This document shows, piece after piece, positions 11,731 through 21,891 of a stretch of DNA of 64,000 bases. Both the position numbers and the translations under genes were made by a program. The first letter of the stretch is position 1; each line of letters starts with the position of its first letter. The notes beneath the pieces were generated by a model. It had not been told where the DNA came from and did not search any database. It worked only from the letters and a program-made list of their open reading frames with translations. The DNA is from Rhynchopus sp. YZ270_cl-10 (lineage: Eukaryota), in contig OZ037836.1 of assembly GCA_964035575.1 (NCBI GenBank), positions 1,550,001 to 1,614,000 on the forward strand, given 5' to 3'.

Positions 11731-13883
11731 AAGTCAGGCCACTTTGGCTGGGGCACTCTTGGCGCCCCATGTGGTATGACTTGTTTTATTGCCCTAAAAT
11801 GCCTAACCGAGCCGGAGCCCAAAAATTGATGCCAGAAACCACCAGCCACCCGGAAAGGGTGAACAGGCAGTCCACGTTGGGCCAGAACCGGTTACAAAGG
11901 AAGCCGTGTTCTGGGGCAACGTGGGGCGCAAAGTTTTACAATTTTCATGCACGGGTGCTCCACAAATTACCAAGTATTCCTTCTTTGTTGAATTGAGAGA
12001 GAGTCAGTGTTTAGCTACCACGCGGGTTTGCTTAGAATCCTTCGAGGCCGGCACAATTTTATTTATGTGGTCGGTTAAGACATGCCTATTGAAGAACAAC
12101 GAGGTCATCGTTGAAAGGAGCGAACTCCCCTTCCCACAACATCTCTCACATTTCAACTCAGAATTCATACTTGGTTATTTGCTTTGTCCATACGCAATCA
12201 AATTGTCATGCTTTCAAGAGCATGCCTGGCCAAAATGCAACAACGTGGAAAAATTGTTGTTGTTCCAAAAGGCAACAAGACCACCCACAAGGGGTGTTGA
12301 ATTGTGCACTGTCCGGGGGAGCGCAAAGTTTTTTCCCTGTACACAGTGGACACATCTTTATCACTTTGTTCCCACGGGGACACATTTGGATACTGCACGC
12401 ATGCAGAAGTGCCAAACATGTCCGCACGTGGAGTGGAGTGTCCATCATGTTTTCCTGGTTTCCAAAAAGCAGTTTTCTTGCACTTACTATTTGCCCCGGT
12501 GTCTGGCAATAGAAGTGGCTAACATTGTAATGAGTAGCATATACATACCGTTGATCCAAATGAGTAAGGCGACCAACAAGTCCTCTGGACTTTTTTGTTG
12601 TGACGACAATCGCGGAGTAATCCCGGAGAATTACATCCTCGTATAAAAAGTTAAAGGTAGAGGTGGGGAAACTGTAGCTATAGAAATAGTTGTTGCAGTA
12701 GTGCAGACACCCGAGGGTGCACCACTATGCTTTTCTTTGGTTGCATCGACAATTTTACGTACATGATGTAGGAGCTGTACAATGTCGCCCAAAGGCTTTG
12801 TACTTACTGCAGGAATCGGTATTTTTTTTTTTTTTTGTTACTACTACGTCGTGTTCTATGAGGAGTCGCGTTTGGGTGCGGAAGTCTTTTTTCTGGTCTC
12901 TGTTCTGTACGGGTCTCGGATCGTGGTGCGGTACTGCGGTGCGGTACCTGAGAGTTTTTTAGAGTGATGATAAAGGTCAGAGGGTTTTCCCCTCCCATTT
13001 GTGTCATTATTTAATTTTGCTCGGAAAGTGGGGTGTCCTGGACACGAGGAAATTCAGTTGCATGGAAAAAAAGCTCCATACCGTAGGTTGCTGATTTTTC
13101 TGTGACGTCTGTTTCCGGTTTCCTTTTCGTACGTGTTTCGGTTCGCGATACCTGAGAGTTGAGAGTGTTGAAAAACGGAATGCGGGTTAATTAAAAACAG
13201 GGGGTCCGAGGGGCTGGTAGGGGGGGGGTGCGCAGGTCGCGGGATCATGGTGGGTGAAAAACAAGGGGGAGTGGGGTCACTTTTGTAATGATGTATGAAC
13301 TTTGCCCATGACACGCCTTTTTTGTTTTCCACATCAAACTGGACAAGATGAGGGGGGTATATTTACTATGCACATGAAAAGCGCTTGGTCCGAGCGAAGC
13401 GAGGGCCAGACGTCTTACAATCTGTACAGTGCCGTTAGTTCTAACGAGGCACAAAAGTGAACAAAACTAGAGATGGATTGTTGTCATACAGGTATTAGGT
13501 GCAGTGACAATTGGGGGGAAATGAGTATAAACACGGGAGAGGCAGGGGAGAAAACAGACTGTCCAGTCAGTGTGGTGTTACTTAGTGTTCCAGTTACTCA
13601 TAACAAGCGTCTTTTTAGTTCTTTTTTGAAAGGGAATTAACGCCAGTAGCGGTCACTCATAGGAACTCGTAGGGGAGGGGCTGGGAAGGGAATGAAATTC
13701 AGAAATTCCCAAACGCATCATCTTACTCACGGGTCCTTGCGTCACTCACAGCAATTCTGTGTGTGGGCTTGATGCAGTTCAGCGAATAGCTAAACAAAAC
13801 AGGTAATCTAAAGAAAAGGGGTGGGGGAAAAGAAAAGGGAAGAAGGGGAAAAAAACAAGTGTTAAAACGTCTAAAAAATCAAA

Positions 13884-16754
13884 TCAGATTTGAGTATTTG
13901 CTTTTGCGCGGATTCGCCTAGCAATTACCGCCATCTTGCCGTTTGGCGACACCTTTCTTTGCTTTGCTTCTTGCCGGAGAAGTGCAGCACTCAGGGAGAG
14001 AAGCGTATTCACCCTAAACGGCTGGTACTGCGGGGTGTACTCAGCAATGACGTCCTGAAGAGTGGCAAATGGACGCTCTTTTGCGTCTGTGTCCCAGACG
14101 ACGTATCCACGCACCCCGTCCACCTTCTTCGCAACAACCCAGTGGGTGTCGCTGAGGTCCAGTGGGGGGCCGAGCAGGACAATATCCTTCCCCTCACCAT
14201 CCTCGAAGCTCTCCTTGCCCCAGTGCCTCAGGAGAATTCCGCGACTCAAGCAGAGGTTACTCACAGTATTGTAGGTGAAGTAACCCCCCCCCTGCTGGTT
14301 CTCGCAGGTTTCGGCGGCATCAAAACTACTCATCACAGTTTGTAGCATAGACTGTGCATGCATTGCAACAGAATATGGCACCCTGGCTTCTTTGTGGAAG
14401 TCCAAGATCCAGTTCGTCGCAGCCCATCCGCACTCCCCTTCCACCCTGCCTTCTCCAGAAGCCACGTGAAGCGAGATGGGAACTCGCACATCATGTGCCA
14501 AAACCTCGACTGGCGCACCGCTCGAAACCTCCTGCACACGTTTCCCTGAGCCCCCCTTCATCCTCTTGCGCCTACTGCACTCCTGCACCCATTCGTCGGG
14601 TATTGGACGCTTGCACCTCACCTGCCCCCGGTACGTCGCAGCGTGACCCACCCCACCGCAGCGCGAACACTGCTTCTTCTTATCCCCGTTGCATTGTATG
14701 CGTGCCGGTCTACCGCGGGGGTTGGTGTCGCACATCATCGGAAGCAAGCCGGAAGCGTGGAGGTCAGTGAGGTCCTCCGGCATGGTCGTCGCTTCGGGTA
14801 CTGCGATGTAAATGCCCCTCAATGCTTCATCCTTCAGGAACGGCGCGACACAATTGAGGACGGAATCGTCCGAGGCACAAATGAGGTGGGAGCAGGGGAT
14901 GCCTTCCAAGGAGGGGCGACGGCACGTGCACGTGAGTTCGACGGTGTTGACAGTAAAGTGATCTCCGTTTGCAAGGACCTCAACAACGTTATCGTCTTGC
15001 GTCGGTGTGCGCACCAGCGTACGAGCTTTCTCCACAGAGTCCTGCACACGTCCCCTGAACACGGTGTTCACAATTTTGAACAGGCCGTTGGGAATGGGGA
15101 GGGAGGCCAGCTTCGCGGACCTCTCGGCGAACCACGTCATCGTCAGCCTCCTCCAGGTGACGTGCAGGGTGATGATGCCCTTACCCCTTGCGTCCAGCAA
15201 CGCAGCGTTCACACTCTCGCTTGCGTTCTGGGTGTATTCGTCGCAACGGTACCCCGACAAGTGGCAGTCAGCCCACTTATCCTTCACAGCTGTCAACGCT
15301 GTGCTCAGCCGCGAATGCGCACTGCTCTCCTCACGAATCGCACTTGCGAGCCCCTGCACCGTCTTCTCCTTCGCCAATCTGAACGTGGCGTTCAGCACCA
15401 CATCTCTCTTCCCGACAGACGACGCTCCCCCGGACATGTTCCCCGCCAGGTGCTTCACGCACGCCACACAGCAACAGTCCGGAAACGCAGCATCCAGCTC
15501 CGTTCCTAAGCCCTTCAGCCTGTCGGACAGGATCGTCTCCCCCCGCAGCTGGCCAAACGCACGGTTGAAGTGCGTGGCGAAGTACCCCCAGTTGGCGGTG
15601 TCCTCCATCGGGCACATCGTCACCGCCAAGGGGACGATGTTGCTGTTGGCGTCTTTCGCCACAGCAATGAGCAGCATGCCCACATAGTGCCCCGTCAAAT
15701 GACACCCATCTAGGAACACGATGGGGAGGCAGAGGCGGAACGCCCGGATAGCCTCGGGGAGAGCGACAAAGGAGCGGCGGAAGTGCTCCACTGGGGGGCT
15801 CCCTTCAGGTGCCCTGTTCTCCTTCTCGTAGCTGCTGTAGGTGCCGGGGTTTGCATCGCTCAGGCGCTTCAGGTAATCTGCGAATTTGCTGAACTCCTCG
15901 TCCATGCAGCCGTTCGCGACCTCCACGGCGCTACACCTCGCGCGCTGGACGGTGCTGCGGCTCACAGACACCCCCAGGTCCGACTTCAGTGACATCTTTG
16001 CATCGTTCGCAGACATGGCAGACAACATGCCGACGTTCTCCTGGGCGAGCACCTTGCTTGTCCCGTAGGAGGTGGCTCCGGCGGCACTGGAGGTGCAGGT
16101 GTGTACTCCCACCTTGTTCACCTTAACCCCGCCGGTCTTTGAGGGACCTGCGGTGGCTTTCCAGTTGCACGCCGGGTCAGTGCAGACCCACGTGCCGTAC
16201 CCCCCCTCACGCCTCGAGGTTTTTACACCCCACCCTCTCGCCAATCCATGCTTCGTGAGGAGGTCTTTAACCTCAGTGAGGTCGCGGTGCTCCGTTCCCG
16301 GGAGGTATGCCCTTAATAGGGGGCACGTGGTGTCTGCAGGTGCTGTTGGAGCTGTTGGAGTAGGTGCTGCTGTTGGTGATGATGTTGGTGATGCTGTAGG
16401 TGCTGCTGTAGGTGCTGCTGTAGGTGCTGCTGTTGATGATGATGTACGTGCTGCTGTACGTCCTGCTGTACGTCCTGCTGTACGTCCTGCTGTACGTGCT
16501 ACTGTAGGTGCTGCTGTTGATGATGCTGTAGGTGCTGCCGTATGTGGTATTGTCGATGATGGGACGTTGGGACTGTAGAAGGAGGCCTGAGAGGGAGGAT
16601 AAGACGGTACGGGCGCATGCATGAATCCGTGTCTGTATGACTGCCTCAGCCCCTCCAGACACTCGCTCTTCATCGAGTCATACTCAGGAGCAGAGAGTAT
16701 TCCAGCATCAAATAGCTCCTTGAGTTGCACCAAGTCTGACAAAGACGCGGGCAT
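13884..16754 (-). CDS. MULE transposase: SHOCT-like N-terminus, Zn DNA-binding domain, DDE core, SWIM, Zn knuckle, C-terminal Josephin-like domain
   Basis: IVFLDGCHL, ILSDRLKGL, CVKH, TQNASESVN (D-D-CxxH-E of MULE); CTC-x8-CSH (SWIM); CSRCGGVGH; likely start MPASLSD at 16754 (ORF track 16844). Confidence 0.9.
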   Translation of the reverse strand: MPASLSDLVQLKELFDAGILSAPEYDSMKSECLEGLRQSYRHGFMHAPVPSYPPSQASFYSPNVPSSTIPHTAAPTASSTAAPTVARTAGRTAGRTAGRTAARTSSSTAAPTAAPTAAPTASPTSSPTAAPTPTAPTAPADTTCPLLRAYLPGTEHRDLTEVKDLLTKHGLARGWGVKTSRREGGYGTWVCTDPACNWKATAGPSKTGGVKVNKVGVHTCTSSAAGATSYGTSKVLAQENVGMLSAMSANDAKMSLKSDLGVSVSRSTVQRARCSAVEVANGCMDEEFSKFADYLKRLSDANPGTYSSYEKENRAPEGSPPVEHFRRSFVALPEAIRAFRLCLPIVFLDGCHLTGHYVGMLLIAVAKDANSNIVPLAVTMCPMEDTANWGYFATHFNRAFGQLRGETILSDRLKGLGTELDAAFPDCCCVACVKHLAGNMSGGASSVGKRDVVLNATFRLAKEKTVQGLASAIREESSAHSRLSTALTAVKDKWADCHLSGYRCDEYTQNASESVNAALLDARGKGIITLHVTWRRLTMTWFAERSAKLASLPIPNGLFKIVNTVFRGRVQDSVEKARTLVRTPTQDDNVVEVLANGDHFTVNTVELTCTCRRPSLEGIPCSHLICASDDSVLNCVAPFLKDEALRGIYIAVPEATTMPEDLTDLHASGLLPMMCDTNPRGRPARIQCNGDKKKQCSRCGGVGHAATYRGQVRCKRPIPDEWVQECSRRKRMKGGSGKRVQEVSSGAPVEVLAHDVRVPISLHVASGEGRVEGECGWAATNWILDFHKEARVPYSVAMHAQSMLQTVMSSFDAAETCENQQGGGYFTYNTVSNLCLSRGILLRHWGKESFEDGEGKDIVLLGPPLDLSDTHWVVAKKVDGVRGYVVWDTDAKERPFATLQDVIAEYTPQYQPFRVNTLLSLSAALLRQEAKQRKVSPNGKMAVIARRIRAKANTQI

Positions 16755-16869
16755 TATTGTGTTGTTTTTAATGAATGCTGGAGATGGGGAGGGTAAGGAG
16801 GGTGAGTAGAGGATTAATCGTAAGCTTCTGTCTGCACACTTCATGGGTAACGTTGAGTCTCGCTCTCGT

Positions 16870-17041
16870 TGGTTTGGTTGTGTTATGATCGTTGTATCAA
16901 GTCTCGCTCTAGGCGGTCATGTATGTCAACATACGAAGAGATGGTTTGGTTGTGTTATGATCGTTGTATCAAGTCTCGCTCTAGGCGGTCATGTATGTCA
17001 ACATACGAAGAGATGGTTTGGTTGTGTTATGATCGTTGTAT
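16870..17041. repeat. 72-bp tandem repeat (about 2.4 copies) upstream of the transposase
   Basis: TGGTTTGGTTGTGTTATGATCGTTGTA at 16870, 16942, 17014. Confidence 0.9.
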
Positions 17042-17239
17042 TTTTAGAATCTGGCATCGCGTTCTACTGGGACGCAAGACTTCTGGACCCGAACCACCTG
17101 AAGGCGTCGAATCGTCCCGCAGAAGGAGATCATGAGGTGAAGAAAAAGTTGTCGTACAAGGTCGCTATTTTTGTTTTTGTTTTTGTTTTCGTTTTTGTTT
17201 TTGTTTTTGTTTTCGTTTCGCTTTTTTGAATAGAAGTCG

Positions 17240-17540
17240 AGTTAGTACAGAGGCTCTCCTTAGAAGGCAAAATTAGTCAATAATCCTGATTACCGACAAT
17301 AATCCGGATTATGTGACAAGGTGGATTACTTGTGTTTTGGTGGGAAAAAACCGCAAAAACGCATCTTAGACGCCCAGAAAGGCTCAAAACTGCCCAATTC
17401 TAGCTGGAATTGCAAAATTGGACACTTTTGGGGTGTGACCAAAAAAAAATTTGAGAGTCTAGTTATTACAGAGGCTCACCTTAGAAAATAGTCAATAATC
17501 CTGATTACCGACAATAATCCGGATTATGTGACAAGGTGGA
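17240..17540. repeat. Two direct repeats of about 85 bp containing palindrome ATAATCCGGATTAT
   Basis: TAGTCAATAATCCTGATTACCGACAATAATCCGGATTATGTGACAAGGTGGA occurs twice. Confidence 0.85.
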
Positions 17541-17749
17541 CTGTTGTGGCAAAACACTATTTAAAGTTAACGTGCGGAGGGTGAGGAGGAGGAGTGAGGA
17601 GGAAAAGTTGCATACCATACGTTGCTCATTTCACTACCAGGACTCGTCGTCGCGAATAGCCTATACGTGCCCTAAACAGAACGCAAAAACGACGACCGCC
17701 GGGCTCTGTGACCCAAGAGCCCCCAGCTTGCCCAATAAATAAGTGCAGG

Positions 17750-17965
17750 GTTGCCCTAAAAAAGTTCAGACTTGCCCTAAAAAAGTTCAGACTTGCCCTA
17801 AAAAAGTTCAGACTTGCCCTAAAAAAAGTGTTTGCCCTAAAAATAAGTTCAGACTTGCCCGAAATAAGTTCAGACTTGCCCTAAAAACACTTTTAGGGCA
17901 AGTCTGAACTTATTTCGGGCAAGTCTGAACTTTTTCAAAATAGGGTAGGGTAAATCTGACTATTT

Positions 17966-17968
<3 letters not shown>
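17750..17968. repeat. MULE right TIR
   Basis: Reverse complement of left TIR with unit-number differences. Confidence 0.9.
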
Positions 17969-18004
<36 letters not shown>

Positions 18005-18052
18005 GTTAGTAGAAGAAGGGATCTGCGAACATTCATTCGCAGGTGGGTACAA

Positions 18053-18695
18053 GTTGTCGCCGTGGCATTCAGCTACGGTGCAGAAGAGGCAGTAGGGCAG
18101 ACCAACGTCTGTGCTAGAAGGAAGAGGTTAAACTTTCAGGGTGTATGCACTGTACGTGAAACAACTGTGGATCTGCAGGTACATGCTCTGTTGTTTTTCC
18201 AATGTGTTTGTTTTTGTTCTATTTTCACGTGCTTTGGTACGTTGATAGATGAAGGAGTTGTCGCCGTGGCATTCAGCTACGGTGCAGAAGAGGCAGTAGG
18301 GCAGACCAACGTCTGTGCTAGAAGGAAGAGGTTAAACTTTCAGGGTGTATGCACTCTGCAGGTACATGCTCTGTTGTTTTCCAATGTGTTTGTTTTTGTT
18401 CCATTTTCACGTGCTTTGGTACGTTGAAGATGAAGGAGTTGTCGTCGTGGCGTCCAGCTACGGTGCAGAAGAGGCAGTAGGGCAGACCAACGTCTGTGCT
18501 AGAAGGAAGAGGTTAAACTTTCAGGGTGTATGCACTGTACGTGAAACAACTGTGGATCTGCAGGTACATGCTCTGTTGTTTTTCCAATGTGTTTGTTTTT
18601 GTTCTATTTTCACGTGCTTTGGTACGTTGATAGATGAAGGAGTTGTCGTCGTGGCGTCCAGCTACGGTGCAGATGAGGCAGTAGGGCAGACCAAC
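18053..18695. repeat. 204-bp tandem repeat (about 3.3 copies; second copy 181 bp)
   Basis: Units start at 18053, 18257, 18438, 18642; diverged relatives (GTGAAACAACTGTGGATC...GCAGGT) at about 11240 and 11390 on the other side of the MULE. Confidence 0.9.
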
Positions 18696-19407
18696 TACCA
18701 AATGTAGGGTCTGTGCTACGCGGAAAGGCTGGTACTTGAGTTTGTTCACTGTTTGTTGTAACTCCTTCCCTGCCGGCACTCCCTTACTTGTAAGGAAGAA
18801 GTTACAACTTTCTCTGTACAAATCAGGGGAATTTTGTGTGGCCGTCTGCCATATTGTGTGGACATGTTAGCTGACGGTGCTGCTGTTTCTTTTACAGCAA
18901 CACTGCTCTTGCTGTTGATTTTTCTTTTTCATTTTTACTTTTTAATGTTTCGAAAAACGGAGGTTAATGTTTCCGGTTCGGGCCTGGACTCCGACCCCTA
19001 CTTTTGCTGACGCGTACGAACGGTCGTGAACCGTCCCCACTCTCTTACGGTGCGGGCACCGCGGTAACGGTGGCTAGGAAGAAGGGAATCACCCAGAACC
19101 ACTAATCGCAGCCTGACAGGCACCGAACCTCGGGTGAGAATCCCCTCCTGTCAGCCCTGTTCGAAGTACCTATTTTGTTTGACCTTCTTGTCTTTTTGAC
19201 TTTTTGACTTTTCTTTTATGCTATCGAACAGTGCACCCCCAGTAGTGTTGGCATGCATACCTGGGCTGGTCGGCTTGCCGATCTGTTCCAGGGACTGGGG
19301 TAAAGTGCCATTAAACGCAGCAGGTACCTGTGTTTTTTGGGGGTCTTTTGGTTGGGAAGGTCACAGAAAGAAGGCCCGGCCTGCCAGAGACCTAAAACGG
19401 ACCCCTA

Positions 19408-20056
19408 CCTCACGAAGACGAAGAAGCAAGAAGCCATTGCAGTGCTTCATGCGTTGGGTGTGACCGACATCACAGCCGAGAAGTTGGAGAGTGTGGAGGA
19501 TCCTGAGGTGGCGTGTTTGCTTCTGCAGGCAGAGGTTGCGACTGTCATTCCGAATAAGTTCTTGTCAAGCACTTCGTTGACGAGACTTGATCTCAGTGCT
19601 GTGTCCATTGTGACTCACATTGGAGACGGCTTCCTGTACAACTGCACCTCGTTGACAAGTATTGACCTCTCTGGGTTGGGCAATGTTACGCAGGTTGGTT
19701 CGTTCTTCCTTGCGGGCTGCATCAGCTTAACGACCCTGGAATTATCCCCACTCAATAACGTGACGCAGGTTGATGCGGGCTTCTTTTGGAACTGCACCAG
19801 CTTAACCACCCTAGATTTGTCACCACTCAGCAATGTGACACAGATTGGTAGCATTGGTATTAGCGGTTTAGGAGGTACGTATTTTGCTGGGAACTGCACT
19901 TCATTGACGAGCATTTACCTTTCCGGCTGCAGCAGTGTTGTGTCCAACGAAGTGAGGAACGGCGATCTGAGCGAGCTTGTGGTTGAAGCACGTCCGAAAC
20001 GAAGCAGAGACGAATCCCCCGAGCAAAGCCAGAAGCGACGGAGACACGCACAATGA
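19408..20056 (+). pseudogene. Ubl-LRR gene 1, 3' half (5 LRRs + NLS-like tail)
   Basis: LTKTKKQEAIAVLHALG...RPKRSRDESPEQSQKRRRHAQ*, collinear with intact paralogs. Confidence 0.85.
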
Positions 20057-21891
20057 CGACGTGGTGTGTTGGTGGCAGGGCAGCACCTCCCCGAGGTGGA
20101 GGGTCTCTGGCAGTATGTCTGCTTGCGTCCTCTGGTTTGGAGAAGAAGAGGGGCACAGTCTTGCTCATCGTGGCACAGACTACTACTTGGTGCGAGAGGA
20201 GAGCTGTGCTGAGCAAGACGTTCCACACATTGTGTGATGTTACGCTGTGTCCCCATTGTGAAGCTTTCTGTTCACTCCTCTGCCTTTCAGAGTGCGCTAT
20301 CCGCTAACAGAGGTGCCCTCTCCCTTGAGTGCCATGGTCGTCTCGCACTGCTGTCACTGAATCAGGATATCGAACGCAGATATGCTGTTGAATGCAAGCT
20401 GAGACACGGATTTCCGGCAGTCGAAGAACCCGACGCTGATGATGAGGAACAAGAAGAACAAGCCCCGAACGATAAGGAAGAGCTTGTCACTCTTGATGCG
20501 GCCGTGCAAGTCATGAGGCCTGCAGTTGAGGCCTTGGGAGATCAAACTTGATGTGTTTTGACAGTCTCGCCTGTTTCATTCAATTTTTACTTTTCGTCTT
20601 CACCCTACATTTCTTCGGTTTCTCCTTGAAAGGAAAATGCACGTTTTTTATTTTAGTTGCATGTATCTTCCAGTCCTGTGGCTGGCTGGAATAACTGGAT
20701 GCATGCAACCCTGCAGTGCCATCAGCCATCTTGAGTTCACGAGATTGCTGTGAACTCCGCTGCAGTTGCTGTGTTACATTTTACTGTTTCTTCAGTCAGC
20801 TAACTTTTTTGAAAGATATTTTTACGTCCAGTGGATGTTTCCCACTGCTCGATGTTGCACATCACTTTTCATTTTTTTACTTTTCTTCCCGACTGTTACT
20901 GAACAAGACCATCCCCTCACCACCCCAATACTGGTGATAGCACTCTGTGCTGTTACGCTGTGCTGCAAAAGAATCCCCACAAAAACCCATGTCTTATTCA
21001 TTACAACGTACCTCCCCGCCCAACCCCCTTTTTTTCTGTAATTCATCACTCTGAACTCGTTGACACCACGTGGTCTTTCCCTGTCTTCTTGGTAGCTTGC
21101 ACGAAGAGGTGTCAGGTGTGCTTGGGGTGCTTGGGGTGTGGAGTCAACTCTTGTGCTGTGCTGGAGGAAGGGGTGTGGGAGGTGGAGGTGCACAGTGTTG
21201 TGAGTGTGGGGGGGTTTTGAGGGTGGCGCTTCCCTCGATCGTTTTGTGGTGATGATGTGTGTCTGGCGGTGGGGTGCTTTCGTGCATTTGTCTGGCACCT
21301 CAGCTTGTCTGTGGTTGCAGCACGAGAGCACCTTTGGCGTTCTTCCTTGCGTGGGGTGGGTGGAGACAGCGTGGAGGCTGTGCGGGTTTCTTGCAGAACG
21401 GGGCAGGTAACGGTGCGTGAGAGGGGCAGGGGCCTTGGCCCTGGAGATGTGGGCGCCTGCACCGAAGGGAGATTAAAAGAAGGACACAAGCAGTGCATAC
21501 TGCAGCCCCCGCCACTGGGTTCGAGGAGGAGGAGGGTCTGTCAGTCGACGAGACATCGAGTGTTGAGCTCTGAAGATACAGAGAGCAGTGTTGCATCTGT
21601 TGATGTTATAGAGGAAAGCGAAGATGGCGATTGCGGATGATGCTGGAGACTTTTGGGGATTTCAAAACTCTAAGGAGCGGGGGGGTATTTTTTTTTTTAC
21701 CCCTCTCCTCCTTACTGTATTCAAACAAAGCCTTTTAGTTCTGCAGTTTCTTCTCTTGCAAAGGCTTTTCGGCCAACATTTTTGAGTATCACATATCATA
21801 CACCCCATGTCATCCCAAATAACCTTAACAGCATCACCGGCAACACCCTTCCCCTCTCCCTCTACCTCTCCTTTCCCTCCTCTCCCCCGCT

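Larger units (their letters stand above)
11485..17968 (-). mobile_element. Complete Mutator-like (MULE) DNA transposon with foldback-type TIRs, inserted in a poly(T) tract
   Basis: Left end GGGAGATAGTCAGACTTACCCTACCCTATTTTGAAAAAG matches the reverse complement of the right end with 2 mismatches; T runs on both flanks; contains a MULE transposase. Confidence 0.92.
10845..19407 (+). mobile_element. Non-autonomous retroelement-like insertion (about 2.07 kb without the nested MULE)
   Basis: CCTCACGAAGACGAAGAA(G) duplicated at 10827-10844 and 19408-19425 (18-19-bp TSD); removing the insert restores gene 1; 3' end hairpin GGGGTC(19340)...GACCCC(19405). Confidence 0.8.

Noticed and set aside
11906..12646. 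246-aa plus-strand ORF inside the MULE
   Set aside because: Non-ATG start and no recognisable motifs; cannot be supported as a gene
18730..18780. Minus-strand GKELQQT match to ORF2
   Set aside because: Only 7 residues with no extension; could be chance
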